A DNA stretch of 64,000 nucleotides, from positions 21,824,001 through 21,888,000 of the forward strand of contig CM052840.1 of NCBI GenBank assembly GCA_028534125.1, written 5' to 3'. The notes beneath the pieces were generated by a model. The model did not search any database, had not been told where the DNA came from, and was given only the letters and a program-made list of their open reading frames with translations. Each line of letters begins with the position of its first letter. Within the stretch, counting starts at the first letter, position 1. The stretch comes from Lama glama (Eukaryota). This document shows positions 63,269 through 64,000 of the stretch, in pieces. The position numbers and the translations under genes are program-made.

Positions 63269-64000
63269 GCCCAATGAAAAGTGATGGTCCAAGCGGTCCT
63301 AGAAGCATTCCGTGCTTTTGGCCGCGCCTGCGGGTGGGATGCCACACCAACCAGGAAAGAAGTGAAATCAGAGTTATTCTGTGAGAAAACAAATGCAGCC
63401 AATTTTCATCCAAAAATACATGTTTTGACAATGTTGAGCAGGTAACTAGTTGATTTATACTTTCTCTTTCTTTTTTTTCTACTCACTTGGCTCTCTTTCT
63501 AGAGCATTGGTGCTCTAAAGTCATCCTGGGTATCGTAGGGAGAGTGCAGAAAACGCTGCCCGTTTATACTGTTCATGGCACATTATATGCAAGCAAGTTC
63601 AGATGTGGGTTTTGCTCCAAATTTACCGGTGCTTAAAATGTACAAAATCAGGCTGTTAAAATGCAAAGACAGCGACGGGCCATATGGAAAAGAGTTATCA
63701 AGAGTTCTCTAGGACGACAGTCTGCCAGCCAGATTTTACTTGTTTAAACTGAGGGCTGCACTCTGCCGTCAGAATTGTGGCTGAGCCTGTGGTGATAAAT
63801 GGTCGTCTGAAACTTATGTAATATATTCAAGGTCAGATTTCATTGTTTGAATAGGATGGGAGGGAAGGAATTAAAAAAAAAAAAAAGGAGGACTACTTCT
63901 CCAAGCCCTGCTAATGATATGCCAGGCCAGACAACAACATTTTAAAACAAAAGTGACATTCTCATTGATCAGAATATGCAATGTACTATCCCCTAAACTG

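Larger units (their letters stand above)
1..64000 (+). other. USH2A: Internal segment of the USH2A (usherin) gene, approx. intron 44 to intron 54; the gene extends beyond both window ends
   Basis: Spliced exons translate to FN3 repeats plus the usherin Cys-rich region (e.g. VCCNGALYDPQPGHRCCEEK, GEVCCPDEQHNRVS, YTTYEYRISAWNSYGRG). Exon sizes 210/113/199/169/222/205/198/155 match recalled human exons 45,47,48,49,50(+3),52,53,54. Confidence 0.97.

Noticed and set aside
1-64000. A novel multi-gene, prokaryote-type system (operon, CRISPR, defence locus)
   Set aside because: The sequence is a spliced mammalian gene with TE-filled introns; there are no repeat-spacer arrays or long ORFs.

Overview
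This window is mammalian intronic and exonic DNA from the middle of the usherin gene USH2A, on the + strand. The species is probably a camelid, judged from a vic-1-like tRNA-Ala-derived SINE and the absence of any primate, ruminant or pig SINEs I could recognise. Nine coding exons are visible, matching human exons 45-50 and 52-54 (numbering and human exon lengths are from memory). Their splice sites are GT-AG and their phases are consistent. Exon 46 is 5'-truncated by an N-run. Exon 51 is not visible, but reading frame requires it, and it most likely lies in an N-run. The encoded segment consists of FN3 repeats plus the di-cysteine-rich (galaxin-like) region, which appears inserted inside one FN3 domain. 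The introns are AT-rich and filled with L1, L2, MIR, MaLR/ERV LTR and hAT relics, several with readable target-site duplications (TSDs). I found no evidence of a new multi-gene system: most entries in the ORF track are chance ORFs in repeats or N-spanning artefacts. The most notable unexplained signals are a 24-bp cluster of three perfect nuclear-receptor half-sites (DR5 + IR1 + ERRE) at 4018-4041, a sense-oriented solo LTR, and small tandem duplications of motif-bearing DNA.
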